Assembly (NCBI RefSeq): GCF_009914755.1 | Contig: NC_060927.1 | Reading direction: 5' to 3' (one strand) | DNA from: the human T2T-CHM13v2.0 reference genome, Homo sapiens | Length of the DNA stretch: 64,000 nt | Shown: in pieces, positions 24,831 through 44,549 of the stretch | Position numbering within the stretch: the stretch's first letter is position 1 | How the letters are laid out: the number at the start of each line of letters is the position of its first letter | Position numbers and translations under genes: made by a program | Notes under the pieces: generated by a model | Database searches by the model: none | Told to the model about the DNA's origin: nothing | Seen by the model: the letters and a program-made list of their open reading frames with translations, nothing else

Positions 24831-26651
24831 AGGAATGTGTTTTTGTGCTCATCTGGAACTTGAGGACTGGAAGGTGAGTCACATGTCTAGGAATACATAA
24901 CACTTCAAACAACAAAATGATGCCACACTGTGAAAAGAGATGGGAAGCTATTGAATATCCCTGTCCTGCCCTGGCTAGTGACCCCTCCCCAACATTCAGG
25001 CTGCAGGAACACCTGAGCTCTGGGGCTCTCTGCCTGATACCCAGTGGTGGCCTTATTTATTCCACTGCCGAGTTCTTTCTGGCAACCTTGTACCATTCTT
25101 GGGAAAGGTTGGGGAAGCAATAGGTAAATGTTGTTTTGGTTTGTAGACATCTTTTGGTGGGGATGGGGGAGCAGCTGTGCTGGAACTGGGGGAAGGGGAG
25201 CTGTGACTCAGGGGAAATTCTAAGTTGCTACAAGCTGCAGCAAGTGTGTGTCAGTGGGAGGTGAGAAAGGCAAACAGAGGGCTGAAAACTGAGCCAGGAA
25301 CCTGCCTAGTGGATAATCAAAACTCGACTATAAATAACTAATGGAACGACGAACGTGTTTAGTGAAGTTATTTTCTAAAGCAGCGTACAGGCAAAATGAG
25401 TGCTTTCCTGGAGCAAATCCTCAAGCTGTTCCAGAAGGGTGAGTAAAAATACAGAAACACCTGTCTGGCAGTGGTGATTTTACATAAATAATTTTTCCAG
25501 GTAACTGAAAGCTACCTTGTAAATGCCAAAACCCTGAACATTTTAGTTGTGTAAGGGAAATTTTTCTAAAATGGGTTATATTTTCTCCAGAGGTGGCGAA
25601 CAGAGTACATTTCATTTACTGGCTTTTGGTGGTTCAGGATTTGGTAGCAGAACCTGGATTTCCTTCTTCACCACCCTTTTCACTCACCTTCAGTTTCAGC
25701 TCCAGGCATGGAGCATGAGACATAGGCTTAAAGCCATCAATGTCTCCTTTCGCTTGGTTACAGGTGATGGGCTCTAATGCATGGGCTTTGTGACAACTAT
25801 CTCCCCTTGTTTTGAGCCCTTTTCTGGCTCCCATGCACTCAGATATGTTTTGGATAGATATAGTCACTGTGAGTCTGGCCTCTGTTTATGAGAGTTACTG
25901 AAGTGAATGTATTTTATTTTATCTTATTTTTTAGTGCTCTTAAAATTCACTTTGGTTTTTGAATATTTTTAAAAGACTCATGAGACTGTTCATATTTCAT
26001 GACCTGCGACTATACTAAGGAGAAACAGCTCAGAAAACTAATTTAAAATAATTCATACCTAATTGCGGTCTCATTTCTGAAAATATTTTGCACACAATCC
26101 TACCCTGCCCTGGTACCCTGGACATCACAAAGAGTGGCACAACGTAACATAAGATACCATACCATGTATCCAGCAATCAGCTTTTATGAGACTTGCATCA
26201 TTATAAACCTATAAGAAAAAAGCCTGTGCATTATGGAAAAATTTGCACAAAACTCTGTGTACCTGACTCATTGTGAACACCCAATCCCTTAGGCCTAATG
26301 GTTTGAAATAGTGGGTGAAGCAAAGGCCAATGATGGGTCAAATTCCTGTATTTGTTTCATTGCTGAGGTAGTGAAGGGACCAGGGATGGTGTCAGAAGCT
26401 ACCACATCAAGATGTGAGAGAGAAGCAGCAGCCAAATCACACGCCAGCTGTAGAGATGCCAGTATGGGGAAGATTGCCCCATGAGCCCACCAGGTCCTGT
26501 TTTAAGGGCATCATTACTGTAACCCAGAATGATAAAGTTCACAATTGCAACCTTGTGCCGTTAAGAGAAGTCTACAGTGATGCCCACGTGGCTTTTTTCT
26601 AAGGTAGATAAGTGTGTAATATCTTTTAGAAAACTTTACATTCTTTAATGA

Positions 26652-26986
<335 letters not shown>

Positions 26987-27014
26987 AGGTATGGACATTT
27001 AAAGTGGCAAATTT

Positions 27015-27322
27015 GTCCAGACGCGATGGCTCACACTTGTAATCCCAGCACTTTGAGAGGCCGAGGCGGGCAGATCACGAGGTCAGGAGTTCGAGACCAG
27101 CCTGGCCAACACAATGAAACCCCGTCTCTCCTAAAAATGCAAAAAAATTAGCTGGGTGTGGTGCAGGTGCCTGTAATCCCAACTGCTCGGGAGGCTGAGA
27201 CAAGAGAATTGCTTGAACCCAGGAGGTGGAGGTTACAGTGAGCCAAGATCACGCCACTGCACTCCAGCCTGGGCGACAGAGCTAGACTCCATCTCAATAA
27301 ATAAACAAACAAACAAACAAAC
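27015..27322 (+). mobile_element. Alu (AluSg-like)
   Basis: Dimer; TSD AAAGTGGCAAATTT at 27001-27014 and 27323-27336. Confidence 0.95.
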
Positions 27323-27901
27323 AAAGTGGCAAATTTGAAATATCTGGGAAAATCACTTATGCAGATTTCTTCAATTTGAATTAATAGAATGGAAAATGAA
27401 AAAGAGAAGAGACAAAGCTTTCAGTTGCAGTTGTGTTATTAACTAGCTGTGCAATCTAGAAGCTCCGTTTGCTTATTTTTAAACTGGAAAGGCCTTGATT
27501 TATACTGTCTGCTGTGGTAGTCACTTGCTACATATGGCTATTTAAATTGATTTCAAATAAATGAAAATTATGATCAAACACAGATACAGGAAAACTGAGG
27601 TAGGAAATTAACTGAAACAAAAGTTATCAGTTTGGGACCATAGGCAACAGCTATAAGAATGCTGAGGTAGGGCAAAATTACATAATTAGCCAGAGAGAGC
27701 CCAGCCTGAACCAGTGGTTAGGAGACAAATGAGAAGGTGTCAAAATTCACACAACATGACAAGTCAGAAAGCAAGGCAATAGATCAAAAGGGTTCAGTGT
27801 AGGCACAGGAAAGACCTTGCTTGCTTAAGACCAGCATGGTATGAATGAAAGAATTCGGAGGCCACGATGTCTCCTGTTAAAAGTCCTCCCTCCATAATCA
27901 T

Positions 27902-28486
27902 TGTGGTAGACAGACTAGACCCTAGTGTGGTTTCATTTTCATGACTCTATAATCCCTTCCTCTTAGTGTGGGTGGGACCAAGAACTTGCTTCTAACCAAT
28001 ATAAAATGTGGTGGGAAAGTGATGGAAAGTCATTTTCATCATTACATTATTGTATTGATATATAACTCTGTGTAGCTAGCATGCATTAGAAAGACTCTTT
28101 ACATTGCTGCCTTGAAGAAGTAAGCTGCCACATCATGAGAGGGCCTATGGAGGGGGCCAATGGCAAGGAACTGCAGGTGGCCTATATTTGCTGAGAGTGG
28201 CCCCCAACTGACATCCAGCAACAAAACAGGGCCTCAGTCCTACAACCACAAGGAGATGAATTCTGCCAATGACATGAAGAAGCTTGGAAGTTCTTTCCCC
28301 AGTCTAGCCTCTGATGAGCCCACAGCCTTGACCAACATCTGGATTGCAGCCTTTTGAGACCCAGAGCAGAGGGCACAGCTAAGCTGAATCTGGACTTCTG
28401 AACTATGGAAACTGTGAGATAATGAGTATTGTTTTGAGCCTCTAAGTTTTTGGTAATTTGTTATGCAGCAATAAAAAACTAATATG
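27902..28486 (+). mobile_element. MLT1E/F-like solo LTR
   Basis: TGTGGTAGACAGAC start, CCTCAGTCCTACAACCACAAGGA, and GTTATGCAGCAATAAAAAACTAATA end. Confidence 0.8.
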
Positions 28487-28989
28487 TCCATTTACCATGG
28501 TCAATCACGGTAGTTTTCAAGGCTTTCTTTAGTTGTGGAGACCTGTTTTTAAGCAAAAGCACACATGGAAGCACAATATGTAAACAAAGAAAGGTAGAAT
28601 GTCTCCATTTACAGCTGGGTAGAAGGAATGGATCCCTTCCCACCTGGGTTCTCCTGAACTTACAGGGCCACAAGAGGAAACTCTGTGAACAGTCTGAAAA
28701 CTTAAATAAATGGAAGAAGGACTAGAACATGCTGACCCAGACACACATTTCAGGCTGCAGGGAAGAGACACACTCAAGTGTCCTTCCATGATGGAGCACA
28801 GTGGATAATGTTGATGCACTTTGAGAATTCTCAAATCTCTTTACAGTTTCTGGTTACTCCTCCCCCAGTTGCAGTGTGCTTTTTTGCCTTCAAGAGTTAC
28901 AGGTCTGTACCTGTAACTCTTCTTATGAGAACTCTCCTTGGGTTACTGGAACTGTTTTACCTACTATAGGTAACTACTATAGTTACAGT

Positions 28990-29248
28990 AACTGCTGTAT
29001 GACCTCCCTTACCTAGAGTTGGGACTACCTCTGGTGTGTAACTTATACTCCCTTCTAGCCATATCTGGTGGAAACCACCCCAGCCTCTCTCTGTTGGACT
29101 GCCTGAAATCACACCATACTTGGTTTTCTCCCTTCCCTGTCTTCCTTCCCCCACTTCCAACCCAGCTTCTGGGAACACTTCTTTAATTATTGCTTTGCAC
29201 ATTACTCCTCATTTCAGTGCCTATTTCAAAGAACCCAACCTGAAGCAT
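28990..29248 (+). mobile_element. ERVL-class LTR fragment (LTR16/LTR33-like)
   Basis: Ends GAACCCAACCTGAAGCA; resembles the antisense copy at 34137-34540. Confidence 0.45.
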
Positions 29249-29991
29249 AGAGATTTCCTGGGAAGATACATGGACACCTGAGACATCTCACCATTTCTGG
29301 TGCCCAGCGTTTCCAAGTCCCTCATTGGTCACATTCAGTTTGGGCTCCAGTGCCCTACCTGCCCTTGTGGTTCTGGCATTTATCCTTTCCAAAGGATAAT
29401 TTGATCGGCCTGATGCCACCATGCACAACAAAAATCCTCTAACGGGTAGAGCTTTACTCCAGGCCACCTCAAAGGCAGTTGACCCATTTCCACTTAATTG
29501 TCTTTAGCTCAGCCATTGACCCCTGTTCCTATCAAAGTGGAGTCAGGATATCCATGTGGGGTCATTCAAATCACATGGCAGGAGCCACAGGAGCGTTTTG
29601 CTGAAAGAACACCTTGGGGACATTTTCCTCAGAAGAGAGTGGTAGGTGAGGCAGGTACTTTCTTATCAACTCCCTGGAGAGTCCTCTTCAGGGCACACAG
29701 CTTTTATAACTCCAAAGAGGTGTGACACTCAATTATCATTCAGGGTGGCTTGTGGAAGCAGAGAAAGAGTGAACAAGGCAAGGACACAGTGCAACCAGTC
29801 TCAATCTTGTTCCCGCAAGATTGAGGATATGGTAAATAGAAGTGGTTGGTATAAAACTGGATCTGTTCTGAGGACACAGAAATAATTTCAAATACTGTAT
29901 TTATATAAATGGGCTACCTAATATGCTAAAAAGAAGCTTATCAAAGATGATGTAAATTTAAGAGCATGAGTCAATTAGTCCATTAGGTTTT

Positions 29992-30295
29992 TAGGTTTTG
30001 TTTTGTTTTGTTTTTTGAGACAAAGTCTTGCTCTGCCACCCAGGTTGGAGTGCAGTGGCACGATTTCAGTTCACTGCAACCTTGCCTCCCAGGTTCAAGC
30101 AAGTCTTCTGCCTCAGCCTCCCAAGTAGCTGGAATTACAGGTGTGCACGACCACACCTGGCTAATTTTTGTATTTTTAGTAGAGACAGGGTTTCGTCATG
30201 TTGGCCAGGTTAGTCTCGAACTCCGGCCTCAAGTGATCTGCCTACCTCAGCCTCCCAAACTGCTGGGATTACAGGCATGAGCCACCGTGCCCGGC
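29992..30295 (-). mobile_element. Alu (AluS)
   Basis: TSD AGTCCATTAGGTTTT at 29977-29991 and 30296-30310. Confidence 0.95.
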
Positions 30296-30369
30296 AGTCC
30301 ATTAGGTTTTAAAAGGATAGGCAAAAGTCTTCAGAAACGTATATAGAAATTTGCCCTCAGAACACTTAA

Positions 30370-30829
30370 TATTTCAGTTAATCTACTGCCATGTATCCAA
30401 CTACACCAAAATTTAGTGGCTCAAGTAACAGCTATTTTATTTCCCATTTGTGATTCTGTAACTTAGGCAGGACTCAGCGGGGGAGGCTCATCTTTGCTTC
30501 ATGCGGTGTCAGATGCGGTAGCTTGACTGAGGCTGGAGGATCCACTTCTAAGACGGCCTCAATCATATGCCTGGCAGTTTGGTGCGGCTATTGAGAGAAC
30601 TCAGTGGGGGCTGATGGCCAGGAATATTAATTCCAAATTCTTACATGGTTGCTGGCTTAACACAAAAGCAGAAGCTGCCAGGCCTTCTTAAGCATCTGAC
30701 TCAGCATCACTTCAATTGGCTGAAGTAGGTCACATGACCAGCTCAGCTTCATGGGGAATAGATTACAAGGGTGTGACTATATAGGGAGGCATGAGTGATT
30801 GGGGGCTACCAACATAATAGTCTATCACA
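30370..30829 (-). mobile_element. MLT1H/I-like LTR
   Basis: CCAAAATTTAGTGGCT..GGCTGGAGGATCCACTTC..GTCTATCACA. Confidence 0.7.
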
Positions 30830-30968
30830 TTTGACAATGCTGCAAAGACATTGCTTTTGTTTATTCAGTCTAACCACTAACTGAAGAGAAATAGCTAAAA
30901 AGTTAAATGTAGATAAAGACTCATCTAAATTTAGATAAAGTGTTAGACCTTAATGACTTAGTGGCTAG

Positions 30969-31745
<777 letters not shown>

Positions 31746-31828
31746 ATAATGTGAGCCACATGTATAATTTAAAATTTTCTGGTAGCCATATTTTTAAAAA
31801 TAATTTTTTAAAGTTATTAAATTAAATT

Positions 31829-32143
<315 letters not shown>

Positions 32144-32183
32144 TAATTTTAATAACATTTTATTTAACAAAATAATTTCATAA

Positions 32184-32522
<339 letters not shown>

Positions 32523-32525
32523 AGT

Positions 32526-32822
32526 ATTTATTTATTTTTTTGAGACAGGGTCTTGCTCTGTTGCCCAGGAGTGCTGTGGCATGATCTTGGCTCACTGCAG
32601 TCCCCCAGGCTGAGGTGATCCTTTCACCTTAGTCTCCCAAGTAGCTGGGACTGAAGGCACGTGCCACCATACCCAGCTAATTTTTGTATTGATTTTTTTT
32701 TGTGTGGAGACAGGGTTTCACTGTGTTGCCCAGGCTACTCTGAAACTCCTGGGCTCAAGTGATCTGCCCGCCTTGGCCTCCCAAAGTGCTAGGATTACAG
32801 GCATGAGCCACAGTGCCCAGCC
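32526..32822 (-). mobile_element. Alu (AluJ-like)
   Basis: Antisense dimer in tandem with the previous Alu. Confidence 0.9.
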
Positions 32823-32966
32823 TACATTATTTCAAAATACTATATCTTTGGATTTCAGTGTATGTTTTATATACTTACAGCATATATCAATGTAGACACT
32901 AAATTTTCACCAGAAATATTTGATCTGTATTAGGTCTTATAAAATTTACAATTGAAAAATAGATTA

Positions 32967-33344
<378 letters not shown>

Positions 33345-33423
33345 TTATAATTAAATGAAATCATTTGCACTAGCCACATTTCAGGTGCTAAGCAGCCACC
33401 TGTCACTAGTGGGTACAATTTTA

Positions 33424-33943
<520 letters not shown>

Positions 33944-34136
33944 GTGGGTACCATTTTAGACAGTGTAGCTCTAATCCTCATCCCTCACCTTTGGACTTGG
34001 CTCTGGTGCCCTGTAGGCTGATGAAAGTGGAGAGGAGACCCCTGTGTAAGTCATGTTGAGCTGGTGTTGACATGGTGCTTGGGATCCTGAAAATAGGAAT
34101 TTTGTCCTGCCGCTCATTCATATATCCCAAGAGCAC

Positions 34137-34540
34137 TGTCTCAGATTAGAAATAGAGCCTGAGACAAATTTCAGGCACACCAAATGTATTGAGGGATGCT
34201 CTGGAAAGAAGCTCTAAGGGAGTGAGAGAAGCAGGCGAGACAGGGGAAGGAGCCTAGCAGGGATGTGTTCCCAGGTAAATTCTAGCCTTGACTTGATCCA
34301 TGGGGACGCTGGAGTGCAAATGCAAATTGTACTATGGAGTTGTCCCACCTTGAGGCAGGGGGACCAGGCTTTTGTGCCCCTATATCCATCAGTCATTGGC
34401 TGCATACCAAGCTTTTCTACGTAAGACAGCTCATTCAAGAGCAGTTGTCCAAAGAAGGTCACAGGTAGAAGCTTTTAGTCGTAGCACAGTGTGTATTGGC
34501 TAGTGAGGAGATTTTGGCAGGACATCAACGGCCTACAGTG
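34137..34540 (-). mobile_element. ERVL-class LTR (LTR16/LTR33-like)
   Basis: AGAGCCTGAGACA..GAGGGATGCTCT..TCAGTCATTGGCTG pattern. Confidence 0.55.
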
Positions 34541-35366
34541 ACCTAAGCATAGAGGAACAGGCCAGGACCAGAACATTTTATTACTTCCTGGCAATATGTT
34601 CTCAAGCCTCAGTGTGGAATCATAGTGAGCAGGGCTGGACCCTGTGGGAACACAAGGCTCCCTGGCATAGAGGCTTCAGGCCTAGAATCTAAACAGGTCA
34701 GGCATTCTCCTTGGCTCTTTTTTCCTAGGTAAACATTAAATCTCAGACTTCTGTATCACACTTTTTGGATGCCAAAGAAAAGTGAAAATAAGGAAAAGCA
34801 AAGAGAATCCCCAAAGGGAGATACTAAACCCTAACAGCATGGTCCACTATGAAGCAAATCCTTGTTCTTCATTCATTCCACTAAGGAATATTTAGTTGAG
34901 TGCCTATGCTGGGCTGGGCACTGTGTGAGGCTGTGAAGACAAATTCCAAGGAGCAGTTCCAAGGCCATTTTGAGCAATGGCAACATGACTAAAATAAGTG
35001 CTGCTGTGGGGTCTTAGGTATCCACAAGAAGGGACAGGCCAAAAAAGGTGGGGCTTGGGGAAGCCGTAGGTCAGTGGAGAGTAGTGGAAAGTATAGCAAC
35101 AGGGCACAGCCAGCCTGCCAGGGACTCTAAGGGAAAAGCTGAGGTCAGAATCTGGGGCACTGGCCAAGTCTGAGAAAGCAAGTTAAGGTCAGCATTCAGA
35201 GCCTAGGCCAGGACGAAGGGCTCAGGCAGAGGCATGGGCAGTGCCAGGTGCTGGCTGAAGGAAGATGATAACGTATTTGGCACCTACTATTTGCCAGGCA
35301 CTTTGAATACATTTAATCCTCACAATAACCTTGCAAGATAAGTATGAGTTTCAGAAAGAAGAAAAC

Positions 35367-35527
35367 AGTGCTTCTCAAACTTTAATGAACATATGAATCA
35401 GCCGTGGATCATGTTAAAATGCAGATTCTGATGCAACAGGTCTAGGGTGGGGCCCAAGATTGTACATTTCTGACAGGCTCCCAGGTGATACTGATACTGC
35501 TGGTCCACAAATCGTACTTGGAGTAGT
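35367..35527. mobile_element. MER5-family MITE within a MIR
   Basis: CAGTGCTTCTCAAACTT..AAAATGCAGATTCTGAT..GGTCTAGGGTGGGGCCC. Confidence 0.75.
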
Positions 35528-36139
35528 AAGAGGTTAAAACCCTGACCATGACATCAATGCTTTTATTAGGAAGGAAAAGGGAGAGAATGAAGGGCAAGAA
35601 GACAAAAGTAGTCTAGTTTGAGAGACTAGTCTTCCAAACAAAGTCATTGCAATAGGCCCTGGACTGTGACTGTCTGCACTCATGAATGAAGGCAGGTGTG
35701 GGCAGTTGTGGGCAGGGAGGTATGCTGCTCTGAAGGGTGGAGTGGCCCCCTCTGGATGCTTGGAAAGTAGGAGTGGGGACCTCTGGAAAGAGTTCTTCTG
35801 GGGTGACTATACCTATTTCAGTGCATCTGATCCATTGTATTTTATAGTCGTCGTTCATACTTGGCTTAATGATCAGTTAATTTGGATAATATATTGTGGT
35901 GGAAATAACATTCCAGCAACTACTTAGCCTCAGAATGAAACCAATACCCTTTCTCAGTAGTTCTCTTGACCTTTTTTTTTTTTTAAATGGTCTGTTCTTT
36001 AAGACCTTCTCATGACCTTATTATTAAATTTTCTCCTCTATCTTGTTATGGATATTGGTGCTAAGGCTTATTGAAACATTGCTTTGGGGCCCTGGCTAGT
36101 TTTTAAATTAAGACAATTATGATTGTATATTTTTTAAAA

Positions 36140-36540
36140 AGACATTGCATTGATAAGATGCTTTATTGTTTCTAGAATACTTTCATTGACATTTTCTTCC
36201 TTTTGATTTTCATGCAACCCAGGACGTCAGTGTTATTATTCCAGTTTACAGAGAAGGAAATGGAGGCATAGAAAGTTAAGTAAATTGCCCAGGGTCATGT
36301 GGCTATGTAAGTAGTGGAGATAACATCTTTAAAGTATTTGCTGGCATCATACACTGTGCTAAGAGCTTTATATGTAACAGGACATTTACTTCTTGCCCCA
36401 ATTTCATTATTATCCCCATTTTATAGATGAGAACACTGAGGCCTAGAGGAATTACCTACTTATTCAAAGTCACAGGGCTAGCCAGGCATGGAGCCATGGT
36501 CTGAACCAAGGCACTCTAGTTCTAGCACTGATACTTCTAA
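36140..36540 (-). mobile_element. Two MIR SINEs
   Basis: TTTACAGAGAAGGAAATGGAGGC and CCCCATTTTATAGATGAGAACACTGAGGC cores. Confidence 0.75.
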
Positions 36541-38616
36541 CTACTACACTAGAAAGGGCAGGCAGCAATGTTTGGGGCCATAGCAAAAGCAAAAACACTT
36601 GTGAGAATTTTTCCAGTCCTGTTCCAGAATAATGGTGCCCTCACTGGCCACAGCAAGGACATTAAGAGGCTTGGACTTTTCATTCTCATATAAAAGGAGG
36701 GTTTTGTTATTCTTATACGGGAGGAAGAGGCTACTAAAATAGGTGGATGATACATAAGACCTCCTAAAATCATCTGTTGGGCTCAGCCAGCACCACAATT
36801 GGAAAATATCTGGCACTTATATTTTGGTGCAGAGCCAGCTCCCAAATAATCCCACCCCAGTTTTCCTTGTACTAGGTCTTCTGACACACCCTTGCCCAGC
36901 CTCTTCAAGTACACGTGCATCATTTGGGTGCCTACAATCGCAGCATGAAACCAAGTTCACCCCAGATGGTACAAATGAAAACTCCTTAATGAAGGAACTG
37001 CTTATATAGAAATATAATCCAAGTTAAAGGAACAAGCGGGATTTGAGGCATCCAAAGATCAGCAGCTTGGAAAGTGCAAAGGGAAGGGAGAGTGTCACTA
37101 GAGCTTTTGTGAGCTAGAGCCATGGAGGAACTGTAGCTTGACTTCCTGGGCTCAAGTAACCCCAGGAAGGACACAGACAAGGCCAGAGATGTGGTGCAAA
37201 GAGGGAGAGAGAGGGAAGAAATACCCCGAATTCTCTCTCTTCCTACCTTCCATTTGCCTGCCAGGACCTCTCATTCCTGTGTCCAATCAGAAGCCAAACT
37301 GATTAGCAAGCCTGGGTGATGCAGTCTACTGAGGTCAGCCCCCTGAACACAGAAAAGGGCAGAGACATGTAGCAAGGGCACGGAAGAGGGCAGGGGGCAC
37401 GCAGAGAGTACAGCACAGGATCTTGGTTCTTTCCTTCCATTCCAGCGGTACTAGGCACACCCTTCTCTCCAGCCCACTGTAATTCCCTTTGCGGGGCCAC
37501 AATTCCTGATCCAGTGTAACTTGCCTAATTTCTTTCCTTGGCTCTGGGTTTTCTGACCTAAAGTTCTTTTTCTAATGAGTCTTCCTTGCTATAAGGAAAA
37601 TGGAAGACTGGCCAACAGGAGGGTCCTGGTTTGCTTGCACGTCAACTTTCTGGATGTGTAAGCCAGTTTTCAAGACTTGCATTGCTCCAGTAGGAAGCTG
37701 AGTGTGAGCCATGCCTGAGTGATGGAGGACCAGAAGTTACAGACTGAGAGAGGCAGTGGTGAAGCAGATGTTGTACCAGCATGCCTGTGGTGCCAGTGGC
37801 ATCATGGCCCCCTGGAAAAAAATATAGGCATATGGTGGAAACCCAAATAACAGGAAATATAATGAATCAGATTGGTAAATCTATCTGGTATATCTATCTG
37901 CACCTTGCATTTCAGTTTCACCAAGAATCAGTCAGCTGTGGTCAAACTTGATATCTTTAAATTGGTGAAGATTTATTGACCACCTGATCTAGCTCTCTCA
38001 GGGAGAATCTCTAATGATTTAATGTCCCACCAAATTCACATCTAAAGCTTTTCCAAAAGAGAATTCAATTGACTTGGTGTTTGACTAAATATTTGAGAAG
38101 ATGTTTTAAAAAACCGGTTTAAGAAAATTTCTTAAAATATTATTTTCTCCATTGGAAAAATTAGGAAATAATATTCCTGAATGACAAGATTATTCTGAAA
38201 AACAAACCCAAAGTGTCTGGCACATGGTGCTCAATAAATATCAGCTATCATTATTGTTACCTATGATTTTACCTTTGAAAATTTTGACAGGGTTATATAA
38301 AAATATACATTTAGTATTTCGGTTGCTTTGAGGAATTGGGTTCTAGTTTTGGATAATTAAACTGTAAGTCTGTAAATAAAAATGGGGTTTATTTACTTTT
38401 TTTTTCTTTTTTTCTTATTATTATACTTTAAGTTTTAGGGTACATGTGCACAACTTGCAGGTTTGTTACATATGTATACATGTGCCATATTGGTGGCTGC
38501 ACCCATTAACTCGTCATTTAGCATTAGGTATATCTCCTAATGCTATCCCTCCCCCCACCCCCCAATAGTCCCCGGTGTGTGATGTTCCCCTTCCTGTGTC
38601 CATGTGTTCTTATTGT

Positions 38617-42437
<3,821 letters not shown>

Positions 42438-42500
42438 TATGATGTTAGCTGGTTATTTTGCTTGTTAGTTGATGCAGTTTCTTCCTAGCCTTGATGGTCT

Positions 42501-43517
42501 TTACAATTTGGCATGTTTTTGCAGTGGCTGGTACTGGTTTTTCCTTTCCATGTTTAGTGCTTCCTTCAGGAGCTCTTTTAGGGCAGGCCTGGTGGTGACA
42601 AAAATCTCTCAGCATTTGCTTGTCTGTAAAGGATTTTATTTCTGCCTCACTTATGAAGCTTAGTTTGGCTGGATATGAAATTCTGGGTTGAAAATTCTTT
42701 CTCTAAGAATGTTGAATATTGGCCCCCACTCTCTTCTGGCTTGTAGAGTTTCTGCCAAGAGATCAGCTGTTAGTCTGATGGGCTTCCTTTTGTGGTTAAC
42801 CTCACCTTTCTCTCTGGCTGTCCTTAACATTTTTTCCTTCATTTCAACTTTGGTGAATCTGACAATTATGCGTCTTGGAGTTTCTCTTCTCAAGGAGTAT
42901 CTTTGTGGCATTCTCTGTATTTCCTGAATTTGAATGTTGGCCTGCCTTGCTAGATTGGGGAAGTTCACCTGGATAATATCCTGCAGAGTGTTTTCCAACT
43001 TGGTTCCATTCTCCCCATCACTTTCAGGTACACCAGTTAGATGTAGATATGGTCTTTTCACATAGTCCCATATTTCTTGGAGGCTTTGTTCATTTCTTTT
43101 TATTCTTTTTTCTCTAAACTTCTCTTCACGCTTCATTTCATTCATTTCATCTTCCATCACTGATACCCTTTCTTCCAGTTGATCGCATCGGTTACTGAGG
43201 CTTGTGTATTCGTCACGTAGTTCTTGTGCCGTGGTTTTCAGCTCCATCAGGTCCTTTAAGGACTTCTCTGCATTGGGTATTCTAGTTATCCATTCGTCTA
43301 ATTTTTTTTCAAACTTTTTAACTTCTTTGCCTTTGGTTCAAACTTCCTCCTTTAGCTTGGAGTAGTTTGATCTTCTGAAGCCTTCCTCTCTCAATTCGTC
43401 AAAGTCATTCTCTGTCCAGCTTTGTTCCATTGCTGGTGAGGATCTGCGTTCCTTTGGAGGAGTCGAGGCCCTCTGATTTTTAGAGTTTCCAGTTTTTCTG
43501 CTCTGTTTTTTCCCCAT
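42501..43517 (-). pseudogene. L1 ORF1p, disrupted
   Basis: ATG at 43517 and stop at 42501; the 195-aa fragment (RNEQSLQEIWDYVKRP, ARREW) goes out of frame near 42700. Confidence 0.93.
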
Positions 43518-44549
43518 CTTTGTGGTTTTATCTACCTTTGGTCTTTGATGATGGTGACGTACAGATGGGTTTTTGGTGTGGATGTCCTTTCTGTTTGTTA
43601 GTTTTCCTTCTAACAGTCAGGACCCTCAGCTGCAGGTCTGTTGAAGTTTACTGGTGGTCCACTCCAGACCCTGTTTGCCTGGGTATCAGCAGCGGTGGCT
43701 GCAGAACAGCGGATATTGGTGAACCACAAGTGCCACTGCCTGATCGTTCCTCTGGAAGTTTTGTCTCAGAGGAGTACCCGGCCGTGTGAGGTGTCCGTCC
43801 GCCCATACTGGGGGGTGCCTCCCAGTTAGACTACTCGGGGGTCAGGGACCCACTTGAGGAGGCAGTCTGCCCGTTCTCAGATCTCAAGCTGCGTGCTGGG
43901 AGAACCACTACTCTCTTCAAAGCTGTCAGAGAGGGACATTTAAGTCTGCAGAGGTTATTGCTGTCTTTTGTCTGTGCCCTGCCCCCAGCAGTGGAGCCTA
44001 CAGAGGCAGGCAGGTCTCCTTGAGCTGTGGTGGGCTCCACCCAGTTTGAGCTTCCTGGCCGCTTTGTTTACCTACTCAGGCCTGAGAAATGGTGGGTGCC
44101 CCTCCCCCAGCCTTGCTGCTCCCTTGCAGTTTGATCTCAGACCTCTGTCTTAGCAATGAGTGAAGCTCCATGGGCGTAGGACCCTCCTAGCCAGGTGAGG
44201 GATATAATCACCTGTTGTGCCGTTTGATAAGCCTGTTGGAAAAGCGCAGTATTAGGGTAGGAGTGACCTGATTTTCCAGGTGCTGTCTGCCACCCCTTTG
44301 ACTAGGAAAGGGAATTCCCTGACCCCCTGTGCTCCCTGGGTGAGGCGATGCCTCACCCTGCTTTGGCTTACGCACAGTGTGCTGCACCCACTGTGCTGCA
44401 CCCCCTATCTGGCACTCCCCAGTGAGATGAACCCAGTACCTCAGTTGGAAATGCAGAAATCACCCGTCTTCTGAGTTGCTCACGCTGGGAGCTGTAGACT
44501 GGAGCTGTTCCTATTTGGCTGTCTTGGCTCCACCCCCTTTTACTTTTTT

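Noticed and set aside
28971-28987. GTAACTA-CTA-TAGTTAC short hairpin
   Set aside because: A 7-bp stem is expected by chance in 64 kb.
44378-44405. TGTGCTGCACCC tandem repeat
   Set aside because: A near-duplicate here is a normal feature of older L1PA 5'UTRs.
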